Shown in pieces: positions 36,714 to 46,138 of a stretch of 57,149 bases of DNA (positions are counted from its first letter, which is position 1; every line of letters begins with the position of its first letter). Both the position numbers and the translations under genes were made by a program. Below the pieces are notes generated by a model, which ran no database searches, was not told where the DNA came from, and saw nothing but the letters and a program-made list of their open reading frames with translations. This DNA is from an uncultured Spirochaetaceae bacterium (GTDB lineage: Bacteria > Spirochaetota > Spirochaetia > Sphaerochaetales > Sphaerochaetaceae): NCBI GenBank assembly GCA_944392705.1, contig CALXXO010000001.1, positions 1-57,149 on the forward strand. The letters are read 5' to 3'.

Positions 36714-37298
36714 CTACTCTACCATCTGAAGCACAAGCCCTCTGACAAGAAGCCGGAGGGCTTTCTCTTTCTCCCGAAGCTTGTCAGCGGAAAGGAGAAG
36801 ATACATCAGAGCTTCATACCCCGCTCCAAATGCTTTGATATCATCCTTGTCATCAATATAGAAATAGGAGAAGAGATTCTTCACAATTTCCTCCATCCGT
36901 GTTCTCAAATCCGGCAGCGAATCCTTCGGAAGCCTTCTAAGGACCAGCTCCAGTTCCGCGCCATCGAGGAAACGATACAACCCTTCATCATAGAATTTAA
37001 TGAGCAGAGTATAGAAAATCTCAGTAAGGCTCGTGACAATATGATTCTCATCTATCTCCTGAAGCATCGCCAGGTATTCGCTCTCAATTTCATCTGCAAA
37101 CGATGACAGGAGATCGAAGAACAACGCTTCCTTGGATTCATAAAAGAGGTAGAAAGTACCCTTCGGAATCGCAGTTCTTTTGACAAGTTCATCGACGGTG
37201 GTCTTTCTCACGCCGTACAGAGCCAGGCATTTTCCAGCTTCACGCTTCAGTGCGCTACGTATATTATCTTTCTCCTCTGGAGTATATATCTTAGGCAT
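36714..37298 (-). CDS. TetR/AcrR-family transcriptional regulator
   Basis: 194-aa ORF with an N-terminal HTH (ALYGVRKTTVDELVKRTAIPKGTFYLFYESKEALF). Confidence 0.8.
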   Translation of the reverse strand: MPKIYTPEEKDNIRSALKREAGKCLALYGVRKTTVDELVKRTAIPKGTFYLFYESKEALFFDLLSSFADEIESEYLAMLQEIDENHIVTSLTEIFYTLLIKFYDEGLYRFLDGAELELVLRRLPKDSLPDLRTRMEEIVKNLFSYFYIDDKDDIKAFGAGYEALMYLLLSADKLREKEKALRLLVRGLVLQMVE

Positions 37299-37310
37299 AC
37301 TTCCTCTTTT

Positions 37311-37334
37311 TGACCATATTTGAATATTTAGTCA
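37311..37334. promoter_or_regulatory. imperfect dyad TGACCATATTTGAATATTTAGTCA upstream of the TetR gene (candidate operator)
   Basis: Outer arms TGAC/GTCA and inner arms ATATT/AATAT, with asymmetric spacing. It lies 13 nt upstream of the TetR start. Confidence 0.25.
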
Positions 37335-37453
37335 GCAAAAGCCGGTTTTTGGCAATTTTAAAGCCATTTAAAGGCCTTTTCAACTGAATTTTTCCTTTAC
37401 TTCGCAAACTCTGGTCTTTACCATAGAGCTATCGAAAGAAAAAGGAGCAGTGA

Positions 37454-38548
37454 ATGGCAGAGGTAAAACTTACAAATATCTGCAAGATCTACGATGGTGG
37501 CGTCAAGGCTGTAGACAACGTCAACATCGATATCAAAGATCAGGAATTCGTTGTTCTCGTTGGACCTTCCGGCTGTGGTAAGTCAACAACCCTCAGAATG
37601 ATCGCAGGTCTGGAGGATATCTCCTCTGGTACACTTGAGATTGACGGAAAGGTCATGAACGACGTTCCACCAAAAGACAGAGACATCGCGATGGTATTCC
37701 AGAACTATGCTCTCTATCCTCACATGACCGTATATGACAACATGGCATTCGGTCTTAAGATCAGAAAGTTCCCGAAGGATCAGATTGACCAGCGCGTTAA
37801 GGAAGCTGCAAAGATCCTCGACATTGAGATGCTTCTCGACAGAAAGCCAAAGGCTCTCTCCGGTGGCCAGAGACAGCGTGTTGCTGTAGGTCGTGCTATC
37901 GTTAGAAAGCCAAAGGTCTTCCTCTTCGACGAGCCACTCTCAAACCTCGACGCAAAGCTCAGAGTCCAGATGAGAGCTGAGATTTCAGGTCTCCACAACA
38001 GACTCAAGGCAACAATGATCTACGTTACCCACGATCAGGTTGAGGCTCTCACAATGGCTGACAAGATTGTTGTTATGAAGCTTGGTGTCATCCAGCAGAT
38101 TGGTGGTCCAATGGAGCTCTACAACGAGCCAGACAACAAGTTTGTTGCAGGATTTATCGGATCACCACCGATGAACTTCCTCGTAGTATCCATCAAGAAA
38201 GAAGGTGACAAGATCTATGCAGATGAAGGTTCCTTCCGCCTTGAGGTGACACCAGAGCAGGCAAAGATTCTTGCTCCATATGTTGGCAAGGATGTAACAT
38301 TCGGTATCAGACCTGAAGATGTTGAGTTCTCTCACACACCTATCGATGGCAAGACAATCAACGGCCACGTATCCGTTGTCGAACCTCTCGGATCTGAGAC
38401 ACAGGTTTATGTATCTACATCCAAGGCAAAGGTTGTTGGAAAGATTGATCCGACCGTCATTCCTGAGCCAGATGAGCCAGTTGCTCTTATCGTCAACATG
38501 GAGAAGGCAAAGTTCTTCGATCTCGATACAGAGGTAACGATCCGCTAA
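37454..38548 (+). CDS. sugar-type ABC transporter ATP-binding protein (MalK/MsmK/UgpC-like), no adjacent permease
   Basis: GPSGCGKST, LSGGQRQRVAVGRA and FLFDEPLSNLD motifs, plus a C-terminal regulatory (TOBE-like) extension. RBS aaaggag upstream. Confidence 0.85.
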   Translation: MAEVKLTNICKIYDGGVKAVDNVNIDIKDQEFVVLVGPSGCGKSTTLRMIAGLEDISSGTLEIDGKVMNDVPPKDRDIAMVFQNYALYPHMTVYDNMAFGLKIRKFPKDQIDQRVKEAAKILDIEMLLDRKPKALSGGQRQRVAVGRAIVRKPKVFLFDEPLSNLDAKLRVQMRAEISGLHNRLKATMIYVTHDQVEALTMADKIVVMKLGVIQQIGGPMELYNEPDNKFVAGFIGSPPMNFLVVSIKKEGDKIYADEGSFRLEVTPEQAKILAPYVGKDVTFGIRPEDVEFSHTPIDGKTINGHVSVVEPLGSETQVYVSTSKAKVVGKIDPTVIPEPDEPVALIVNMEKAKFFDLDTEVTIR

Positions 38549-38568
38549 GGGTTGGAAGATATATCAGG

Positions 38569-38596
38569 TGCAGCCTTAGGGCTGCATCTTTTTTTT
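38569..38596 (+). terminator. rho-independent terminator
   Basis: TGCAGCC-ttag-GGCTGCA followed by a T8 run. Confidence 0.8.
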
Positions 38597-38624
38597 CATA
38601 AAATATGCGGCATTTCTGCCGCAT
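38597..38624 (-). terminator. hairpin after the convergent aspartate kinase gene
   Basis: ATGCGGCA-tttc-TGCCGCAT. On the minus strand it is followed by attttatg. Confidence 0.45.
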
Positions 38625-38650
38625 TAAGTTTTCATTTATTAAGGTTCATT

Positions 38651-39949
38651 TCAGAACAGCTTTGAGTAGACTACCTTTACAGCATCCGCTGCCTGCTCTT
38701 CCTTTATTCCGAAAAGTACAGAGGTATCGGAAGCTCCATAGTTTACGAAGGTTGTCTTGATACCATTTTCCTTCAATGCTTCCGCAGCCTTGAGATATGC
38801 ATCGGAAGAGTCCATACCATCCCCTACTACACCGAGGATTGCATGACCATGGTCCACCTCAATGGAATCAAGTCCGAATTCCTTTGTAAGTCTTTCGCAC
38901 ATTGCCTGACATACGCTATCGCTGGCCATCTTCGAATCGAAGAACCATACGATACTATCTATACCAAACAGAGAGTAACATGGCCTTATACCGAATACAT
39001 GGAGCATTGTCAGAAGTGCATGGCGCATTCCATACTTCTTGAAAAGCATGAGCTTTCTGAGCTTTATTCTTGACAGTCCGGACCTTGCAGATACTGCAGT
39101 TGCACCGAAATCATTGGATTCAGGAACAATCCTTGTACCAGGATCATCCGGCCTGTTGGTGTTTTTCACGACAATAGGAATACCGGAGTTGTAAATCGGG
39201 GCAATTGCTTCTTCATGGAAGACTGTCGCGCCAACATCCGAAAGCTCTCTCACTTCCTTGTATGAAAGCTCTGGATTGACCTCCGCATTTGGAACAATCC
39301 TTGGATCTGCCCTGTAAACGCCTGAAACATCCGTCCAGTTCTCATAGAGCTCAGCGTCTATGGCTCTGGCAACGATGGAACCAGTGATATCTGAACCACC
39401 TCTGGTGAATGTCTTTACCACACCCTGCTCCGTCTCGCCATAGAAACCTGGAATCACATAGCGCTTTGTCGGATCTAGCCTTTCCTTAAGGCGCTTATAG
39501 GTAATCTCATTCACAGTTGAATCGGAATTGATGACTATCACATCTTCTGCATCGACGAATTCCCAGCCCATGAACTCGCTTATGACAAGCGCAGAAAGAT
39601 ACTCTCCTCTTGAAGCTGCGTAATCAGCACCGCGGCCGGCATCGATTGCGCACCTGATATCATCAAGGCGCTCCGAAAGCTTCACATCATCAATCTTCAG
39701 TTTCTGAGCAATCTGCACAAACCTCTTCGATATCTCATTGAAGACAGGACGGCAGGTAAGGCCTTTCTGGACAAGGCTGTTGCATTTATAAAGGAGATCT
39801 GTAATCTTCTGGTCTTCCTTGTTTCTCTTGCCTGGTGCAGAAACAACTGCGATACAGCGTCTCTCATCGCTTTCAAGGATAGCTTTTACTTTTCTTATCT
39901 GATCTGCATCTGCTACGCTGCTTCCACCGAATTTGGATACTATCATCAA
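38651..39949 (-). CDS. aspartate kinase
   Basis: N-terminal IVSKFGGSSVAD kinase motif. The 432-aa size includes a C-terminal ACT-like region. Confidence 0.85.
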   Translation of the reverse strand: MMIVSKFGGSSVADADQIRKVKAILESDERRCIAVVSAPGKRNKEDQKITDLLYKCNSLVQKGLTCRPVFNEISKRFVQIAQKLKIDDVKLSERLDDIRCAIDAGRGADYAASRGEYLSALVISEFMGWEFVDAEDVIVINSDSTVNEITYKRLKERLDPTKRYVIPGFYGETEQGVVKTFTRGGSDITGSIVARAIDAELYENWTDVSGVYRADPRIVPNAEVNPELSYKEVRELSDVGATVFHEEAIAPIYNSGIPIVVKNTNRPDDPGTRIVPESNDFGATAVSARSGLSRIKLRKLMLFKKYGMRHALLTMLHVFGIRPCYSLFGIDSIVWFFDSKMASDSVCQAMCERLTKEFGLDSIEVDHGHAILGVVGDGMDSSDAYLKAAEALKENGIKTTFVNYGASDTSVLFGIKEEQAADAVKVVYSKLF

Positions 39950-40047
39950 TTTCCTCCGTTACGGGATATATTTCTATAGACCAATGCCAGTTTAAGGTTT
40001 TTCTCATTGTGATTGCAACCTGACAGGACAAATCCAGATTCTGCAAA

Positions 40048-41706
40048 CTAAATATTATCTACAGCTTTCACAAATGCTCTCTTTCTGAAAAAGGAGATAC
40101 CGAATCCGAGTATTCTGTCGTAATCAATGAGATCGCTACCATACTCTTTATTCTTAAGCTGACCGATTGCAAGATCTGCAGCATTCTCCATTGTATCGAT
40201 TCCAGAAGCTCTCTTCAGTTCAAAAACTGCAGCCTGTCCGCCTTTCTTATCTATGAGAATCAGATCAGGCCTTCCGTCTCCAGATTCCCTGTTGGACCTT
40301 ACCGTATAGCCGGCACCGGATAGCAGACCAGCTAAAAATGCATGATAGAAATGTTCCTGGAAATCGTATGTACTTATTGTCTGTCTTAGATACTCAGAGA
40401 TTGTCTTTGACATTGATAAGGCATCCTTCTCCCAGATAGCCTTAAACAACTGCTTTCTGTCACTTCTTCTCACTGTATCCGAGAACCACTCGTCAACGGA
40501 GGATGCAAAAAGGTTCCTTATCTCTTCATTGGGAAGTCTAAGCTTAGTCTCACCGTTAGGAAAATACTCTCCTGAGAGCGTGAGATATCCTGTCATCAAA
40601 AGCAAGCTCCAGATATTTTCCGACGATGCGTAGAGGTTGTCGTATGTCAGAGTCTCCACAATCTGCTTACTAATCGTACCTCCGCTTATAAGTGTGGAAT
40701 AATCATCGCCGACCTCTGCATCTGTCATTTCTATAAGGCGCCTTATAACATCATTACCACTTGAAGAAGCCCAGTAATTCTCAGGATTCGCACTCCTATT
40801 TACCTGTAGTCTTGCCACATAGGATATAATGTCCCATGGCGTGTATATATGCTCTGAGCCAATTGAATACCCATCGTACCATTCCCTGATTATATCCGCT
40901 TTAGCCTCCAGCTCGGCGTCCAAGAGCAGTCTTGCAACCTCTTTCTCGGTAAAGCCAAAGGTATCAGCATAACTGTCGCCTGTCACGGAGTAGACGGCAA
41001 GGTTGTTGAGTCCCGTAAAAAGACTTTCCTTTGAGATACGTAAACAACCTATAAGAATCCATTTCGCTGTATACGGGCAATCTTTGAGCACAGAAAGGAG
41101 CATACTACGCATGACACTGAGCATCTCAGGGTAATAGCCGTTTCTCTCAGCCTTATCGAGGGGGACATCGTATTCATCGAGGAGGATAATCACCTTCTTT
41201 CCATAATGAAGATACAGGATCCTAGCGAGAATTTCCATCGAACGCCTTATCTCGCTTATCGAACAGTAGCCACTGCAGATGTTATGGAAAATCTGCCCTT
41301 GCTCATCATCTTCAGTGACGTCGATAAAAGAATAGCCTTTATAGAGTGCTGACAGTTTCATCCGAAGCATATCGATGGCGGAATCGAAATCCAGTCCGTC
41401 GATATCCTTGAATGTGAGATAGATTACGGGATACTTATTCATCCAGCCATCGACAACGTCAACGTCATTCATTATATCAAGGCCTGAGAAGATATCCTTA
41501 TTGTCATCTCTTATATCGAAAAAAGCGCGGAGCATTGACTGGAATGTTGTCTTTCCAAAACGGCGTGGACGTGTGAAGAGAATTGACGAAGAACCATCCC
41601 TGACAAGCGTGCTGATTGCGCTAGTCTTGTCGATATAATAACAACCACTCTGCCTTATTTCGCAGAAATCAGTCTGTCCTATGGGAAGTTTCACTCTCTC
41701 TTTCAT
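40048..41706 (-). CDS. AAA-ATPase-like / PD-(D/E)XK nuclease family protein
   Basis: The N-terminus is typical of the predicted AAA-ATPase family (LPIGQTDFCEIRQSGCYYIDKT, RPRRFGKT). The C-terminus has a PD-(D/E)XK-like GRPDLILID...AAVFELK. RBS aaggag upstream. Confidence 0.75.
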   Translation of the reverse strand: MKERVKLPIGQTDFCEIRQSGCYYIDKTSAISTLVRDGSSSILFTRPRRFGKTTFQSMLRAFFDIRDDNKDIFSGLDIMNDVDVVDGWMNKYPVIYLTFKDIDGLDFDSAIDMLRMKLSALYKGYSFIDVTEDDEQGQIFHNICSGYCSISEIRRSMEILARILYLHYGKKVIILLDEYDVPLDKAERNGYYPEMLSVMRSMLLSVLKDCPYTAKWILIGCLRISKESLFTGLNNLAVYSVTGDSYADTFGFTEKEVARLLLDAELEAKADIIREWYDGYSIGSEHIYTPWDIISYVARLQVNRSANPENYWASSSGNDVIRRLIEMTDAEVGDDYSTLISGGTISKQIVETLTYDNLYASSENIWSLLLMTGYLTLSGEYFPNGETKLRLPNEEIRNLFASSVDEWFSDTVRRSDRKQLFKAIWEKDALSMSKTISEYLRQTISTYDFQEHFYHAFLAGLLSGAGYTVRSNRESGDGRPDLILIDKKGGQAAVFELKRASGIDTMENAADLAIGQLKNKEYGSDLIDYDRILGFGISFFRKRAFVKAVDNI

Positions 41707-41760
41707 TCCAGCTCCTTATCAGAGTATACAATGCCATGCCCAAAAGAACAAAACCAACAA

Positions 41761-42954
41761 TCAATCGCGAGCCAGAGCTTCCATAGGCTGAAGCCTTGCT
41801 GCCTTTGCAGCTGGATACCATCCAAAGAATACCCCGATAGCGAGAGAGAACCCCAAAGATATGACAACAGCTCCCGGAGAGATATAGAGAGTCCATCCAG
41901 CAAGGCTCACCGCAAGCAGGCTCAGCAATGTCCCTATAATAAGCCCAAGAAGACCTCCGGATAGGGAAAGCGTAACAGACTCGACGAGAAACTGTGCCCG
42001 GATCATCCTAGGCGCAGCCCCAAGAGCCTTCCTTATACCAATCTCCCCTGTACGCTCGACAACGGAGACAAGCATTATATTCATTATCCCTATCCCGCCT
42101 ACAACAAGGGAAATAGCGGCAATAGCAGCAAGGAAAGCAGAGAATGTTCCCATTACACTATCAGCCATCTCTCTTATGGTTGCGGGACTGAAGATCCTGT
42201 AATAATCGGAGCCGGCAATGGCATTGAGATAATCCTCTATCTGGTCAGCAACCACAGTTGAATCGTGTTCCGCATCAACCTTAACCACATATGTTCCAAC
42301 CTGGTTGGTTCTTCTGAAACGCTGGACATAGGTATTGTAAGGCATGAAAATCGACTCATTGTAAGATGCGCCAAGGGATGAATCACGCTCTGCGAGAACA
42401 CCAACGACAAGGAAGCTCTTAGCCTGGTTACGGAAAACAGATATGTATTTTCCAACAGCACTCTCTCCGGGGAACAGAACTTCTTCCAGATCCTTTCCTA
42501 TGACACAGACCTGGCGCCTGTTGATATTATCCACTGCAGTAAAGAAACTACCGTCCTCCACTTCCAGAGAATTTGAAGCGAAATAGCCGGATGTCACCCC
42601 TTGTACGGAAACACCGGATTCAACCTCCTGACGGTTTCGCACATTCGCGACTGATGAGACTGTAGGCAACACCTCCCTGATGCCATCTATTTCCCGCATC
42701 AGGCTATAGGCAAATTCCTCAGTGAAAATCTGAGTCTCCCTTGCAGAACCCCTTGGCATAATATTCACAGTATCGAGTCCGCCAACTTCAAATGATTCAG
42801 TCATGGACTCTGTCACAGACTGACCGAGATTGAGAATAGCCACGACGGAAGCGACTCCTATCATTATCCCAAGCAGGGACAGAAAGGTTCTCAGCTTGTT
42901 GCCAAGCATCGAAGAAATAGCCATGTGTATATTCTCACCCAGCATCATCTGCAA
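41761..42954 (-). CDS. ABC transporter permease, FtsX/MacB-type
   Basis: 397-aa ORF with one N-terminal TM, a large periplasmic domain and three C-terminal TMs (FtsX-like). Confidence 0.85.
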   Translation of the reverse strand: MQMMLGENIHMAISSMLGNKLRTFLSLLGIMIGVASVVAILNLGQSVTESMTESFEVGGLDTVNIMPRGSARETQIFTEEFAYSLMREIDGIREVLPTVSSVANVRNRQEVESGVSVQGVTSGYFASNSLEVEDGSFFTAVDNINRRQVCVIGKDLEEVLFPGESAVGKYISVFRNQAKSFLVVGVLAERDSSLGASYNESIFMPYNTYVQRFRRTNQVGTYVVKVDAEHDSTVVADQIEDYLNAIAGSDYYRIFSPATIREMADSVMGTFSAFLAAIAAISLVVGGIGIMNIMLVSVVERTGEIGIRKALGAAPRMIRAQFLVESVTLSLSGGLLGLIIGTLLSLLAVSLAGWTLYISPGAVVISLGFSLAIGVFFGWYPAAKAARLQPMEALARD

Positions 42955-43615
42955 CCCTCCCGTCCTTTATAGGGATTATCCTCCCGCATTCCTTTGCAAG
43001 AGATCTGTCATGCGTGACAAAGACAATGGTATGTCCTTCGTCATTCAGCTCATGGAAAAGCTCCATGACCTCATGCCCTGTGACAGAATCAAGAGCACCT
43101 GTAGGCTCGTCGGCAAGAAGTATCGCAGGGTTGTTAACAAGTGCACGCGCTATAGCAACACGCTGCTTCTGTCCACCGGAGAGTTCATTCGGCTTATGTC
43201 GAAGACGTTGAGAAAGCCCGACCCTGCAAAGCATCTCCTCCGCCCTTTCCCTCCGCTCCTTCAAAGGAACACCTGCATAGAGAAGCGGCAGTGCGGCATT
43301 ATCCAGGGCATTGAGCTTCGGAAGCAATGAGAAATGCTGGAAAACAAATCCAATCTTTCTGTTCCTTATATACGCAAGCTCATCCTCATTCAGACCGCCA
43401 GTCTCCTCCCCGTCAATCAATATCTTCCCTGAAGTAGGAACATCAAGGCACCCAACAAGCGACATCAATGTGGATTTTCCGGATCCAGAAGGTCCCATTA
43501 TCGCAGTGAAAGACTTCTCCTCTATAGAAAGGGAGACGTTGTCGAGGGCTCTTACCACAGTATCCCCAACAACATAAAGGCGACTTACATTCTCAAGCTC
43601 TATGATAGATCGCAT
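42935..43615 (-). CDS. ABC transporter ATP-binding protein, MacB/LolD-type
   Basis: [24 protein letters not shown] and LLADEPTGALD motifs. Confidence 0.9.
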   Translation of the reverse strand: MRSIIELENVSRLYVVGDTVVRALDNVSLSIEEKSFTAIMGPSGSGKSTLMSLVGCLDVPTSGKILIDGEETGGLNEDELAYIRNRKIGFVFQHFSLLPKLNALDNAALPLLYAGVPLKERRERAEEMLCRVGLSQRLRHKPNELSGGQKQRVAIARALVNNPAILLADEPTGALDSVTGHEVMELFHELNDEGHTIVFVTHDRSLAKECGRIIPIKDGRVADDAG

Positions 43616-44643
43616 CAGGGGACAAGACCTCCAAGCTGGCTCCTTGATTCATAGACAAGGGTATCACCCTCCTGAAGATCGCCGGAGAGAAGCTCCGCAA
43701 GCCCTTCTCCAAGATACTCAGTGCGGATTTCAACTACTTCTCTCGTCCCATCTGGGCGTTTCACTGTCACGCTCTGGCTACCACCGCGACTTCTGGTTAT
43801 GGCGGCCTGCGGAATAAGGAGCATCGTCACATCGCCTTCTGCTTCCAGCGTACCTTCGAAAGTGAAGCCCGGCATGATTCCCTCGGGAGGATTCTCAATA
43901 AGGAATTCAACATCCGCAACACCTATTCCCTGGTCTGTATATCTTCCAAGCATCGGGATATAGGACACATAGGCTTCAACACTGGCATCGGGACGGGCTT
44001 CGAACACCAGGGAAGCCTTCTGCCCGAGTGAGACATACTGCATATCAATCTCATCAATCTCGACCGTTGCTTTGAGCTTTGAGCGATCGACAACAGTGAT
44101 AACCTCATCGCCACCCTCGAAGTAATCGCCTTCGGCAACATCAACAGAAGCGATCTCTCCATCGAAAGGAGCCACGATATCAGCATACTCAAGGTTGGCT
44201 TCAGCACTTGCCTGGCGAAGCTTGAGAAGCTCCAGCTCCCTCCTCGAGCCGCTAAGCTCTGCTTCTTCTATCTGATTCAGTATTTCCTGAAGCGCTGCCT
44301 GTTGCTGGGTGCTGTCAATCGAAGCGAGGAGCTGACCTTCTTTTACGTAGTCACCTTCATCAACATATACCCCTGTAACCGCACCAGTTGTCCTGAAGCG
44401 CATAATCTGGCTGTCATATGGTTCGACATATCCAGAGAGGTCTATCACCTGTGTATATGTATTTGACACAACAGTAGCTTCCCTTTCGACCGGACCTACA
44501 ACAACTGTCTCCACTTCCCGTGTCAGGATGAAAGACAGAATCGCTGCAATGACAGCAACGACAACAAGGAAGATGATGATCCTCTTCCTTCTCCTCTTCT
44601 TTTTCTTCAGATTCCTTTCTTCAATAAGGCTTCTATCGTCCAT
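43615..44643 (-). CDS. periplasmic adaptor (HlyD/MacA-type membrane fusion protein)
   Basis: N-terminal basic stretch plus one TM, then a coiled-coil region and a lipoyl/beta-barrel pattern (IVAPFDGEIASVDV). Confidence 0.8.
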   Translation of the reverse strand: MDDRSLIEERNLKKKKRRRKRIIIFLVVVAVIAAILSFILTREVETVVVGPVEREATVVSNTYTQVIDLSGYVEPYDSQIMRFRTTGAVTGVYVDEGDYVKEGQLLASIDSTQQQAALQEILNQIEEAELSGSRRELELLKLRQASAEANLEYADIVAPFDGEIASVDVAEGDYFEGGDEVITVVDRSKLKATVEIDEIDMQYVSLGQKASLVFEARPDASVEAYVSYIPMLGRYTDQGIGVADVEFLIENPPEGIMPGFTFEGTLEAEGDVTMLLIPQAAITRSRGGSQSVTVKRPDGTREVVEIRTEYLGEGLAELLSGDLQEGDTLVYESRSQLGGLVP

Positions 44644-44650
44644 AATCCCC

Positions 44651-46054
44651 TCAGATAATATGCATTCTTATTTCAGCTTCCAGAGAAAGTCCTTCAAGCA
44701 GGAGAATATCCCTGTCGATATATAACAGCTCAAGATCGAGAGCGGCATCTTCGTATTCCTCTTCGGTAGCAAGTCCGCGTTCAAGGCGTACCTCAATACT
44801 GCTCAGAAGCGCATCTCTGTATTCTATCTCCGATTCAAGCTCCGAGAAGCTTCTCCTCCAGGATAGCATCCTGCTCCAGAGCTCCCCACTTTCCTCCTGA
44901 AAAGAACGCCGCTCGTCGGAATACTCTCCATAGCGAAGTATCGCTTCATTGCGAAGAGAACCGAGGACAAGCTCCTCGCTTCTGGAGAATGGATTGTTAC
45001 GCCAGCTTCCGCTGAGTGTCAAAGCTGGAGTGAATGAATAATCCTCATCCCATTCTCCACCACCTGATACGGAGAATGACCATGCCTTACCATCCCATCC
45101 AGCACCAGCAGAGATCGATATCGTATTCTCTTCATTCACAGCAGTCCCAAGGCCGGAACCAAGGTATATGCTGCTTCCAGCTCCTCCCTTTATCGTGAGC
45201 TTCCTGGGGTTCTGCCGGGACTCTTCAATCAGATACTCTTCCTTGGCTATCTCTGCTTCGACTTCCGACTCTTTCAGGAGGGATGAAGTCTCAACGGAAA
45301 GTATATCGGGGAAATCCGGGTAAGGGATTGAATCGGCTCCAGACCATTCAAGACCAGTAAGGTTATGGAATCTCCTCTCCAGTTCAGTCTTCTCGGTTTT
45401 TAGAATCTGTATGCTGTCCTCAGCCCTCTTTATTTCAAGAAGACGCTCCGAATAGGAGATGGAACCTTCGGTAATCATGCCAAGGGAAAGAGAATCAGAG
45501 AGCTCTTTATTCAGATCCTCCAGGTTCTCCTCACTCTCCCTCAGGCTTCTCTGATTATCCAGAAGAGAACGGATGGAATCTATGACGCTCATCTTCAATG
45601 ACAGAAGCTCGGACTCATACTCCCTGTCAACTGAAAGTTGGGATGACATATTCTGAAGATCCTTCAGCATCTCGTCATCGTGTCCCCAGTCGAATATATG
45701 CTCTGCAGCAAGCGATGGGGAGATGAGAGAACCGCTTCCATCGTACCTTGCGGCAAATGGAATCGATGCGGAAATAGTCGTGTAATCATCGGGGAGCACT
45801 GCACTGAATGAAAGATCCGATACCGATATTATCTGGCTATCTGAATCAAGGGGAGAAAGGGCAAATGATACGGAATAGTCCGTACCATCATCGAGAGCTG
45901 CCTGCTCTATCGACATAAGCCCTGATTCATACCTCAGCCTTGCACTCTCAGCCTGAAAACTCGTTGAGAACGCATTATCGACAATATCATCGTAGGCCAT
46001 ACCATAAAGCAGGGCTGGAATAAGAAGTGTTCCTAGTAAGAAAAACCGCTTCAT
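44651..46054 (-). CDS. TolC-family outer-membrane efflux protein (divergent)
   Basis: 467-aa ORF with a signal peptide and two long helical-repeat halves. It is the first gene of the adaptor/ATPase/permease operon. Confidence 0.65.
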   Translation of the reverse strand: MKRFFLLGTLLIPALLYGMAYDDIVDNAFSTSFQAESARLRYESGLMSIEQAALDDGTDYSVSFALSPLDSDSQIISVSDLSFSAVLPDDYTTISASIPFAARYDGSGSLISPSLAAEHIFDWGHDDEMLKDLQNMSSQLSVDREYESELLSLKMSVIDSIRSLLDNQRSLRESEENLEDLNKELSDSLSLGMITEGSISYSERLLEIKRAEDSIQILKTEKTELERRFHNLTGLEWSGADSIPYPDFPDILSVETSSLLKESEVEAEIAKEEYLIEESRQNPRKLTIKGGAGSSIYLGSGLGTAVNEENTISISAGAGWDGKAWSFSVSGGGEWDEDYSFTPALTLSGSWRNNPFSRSEELVLGSLRNEAILRYGEYSDERRSFQEESGELWSRMLSWRRSFSELESEIEYRDALLSSIEVRLERGLATEEEYEDAALDLELLYIDRDILLLEGLSLEAEIRMHII

Positions 46055-46138
46055 GAATCAAGGCTACCATAAACAGAAAGAGAAGGTAAGTTTTCAGTGT
46101 TGCAATACACAACACTTTCCCCGATACTCTAAAGCGCC

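Noticed and set aside
39950-40047. Possible lysine riboswitch (L-box) upstream of aspartate kinase
   Set aside because: Only 98 nt are available, which is too short for an L-box, and I see no conserved L-box helices.
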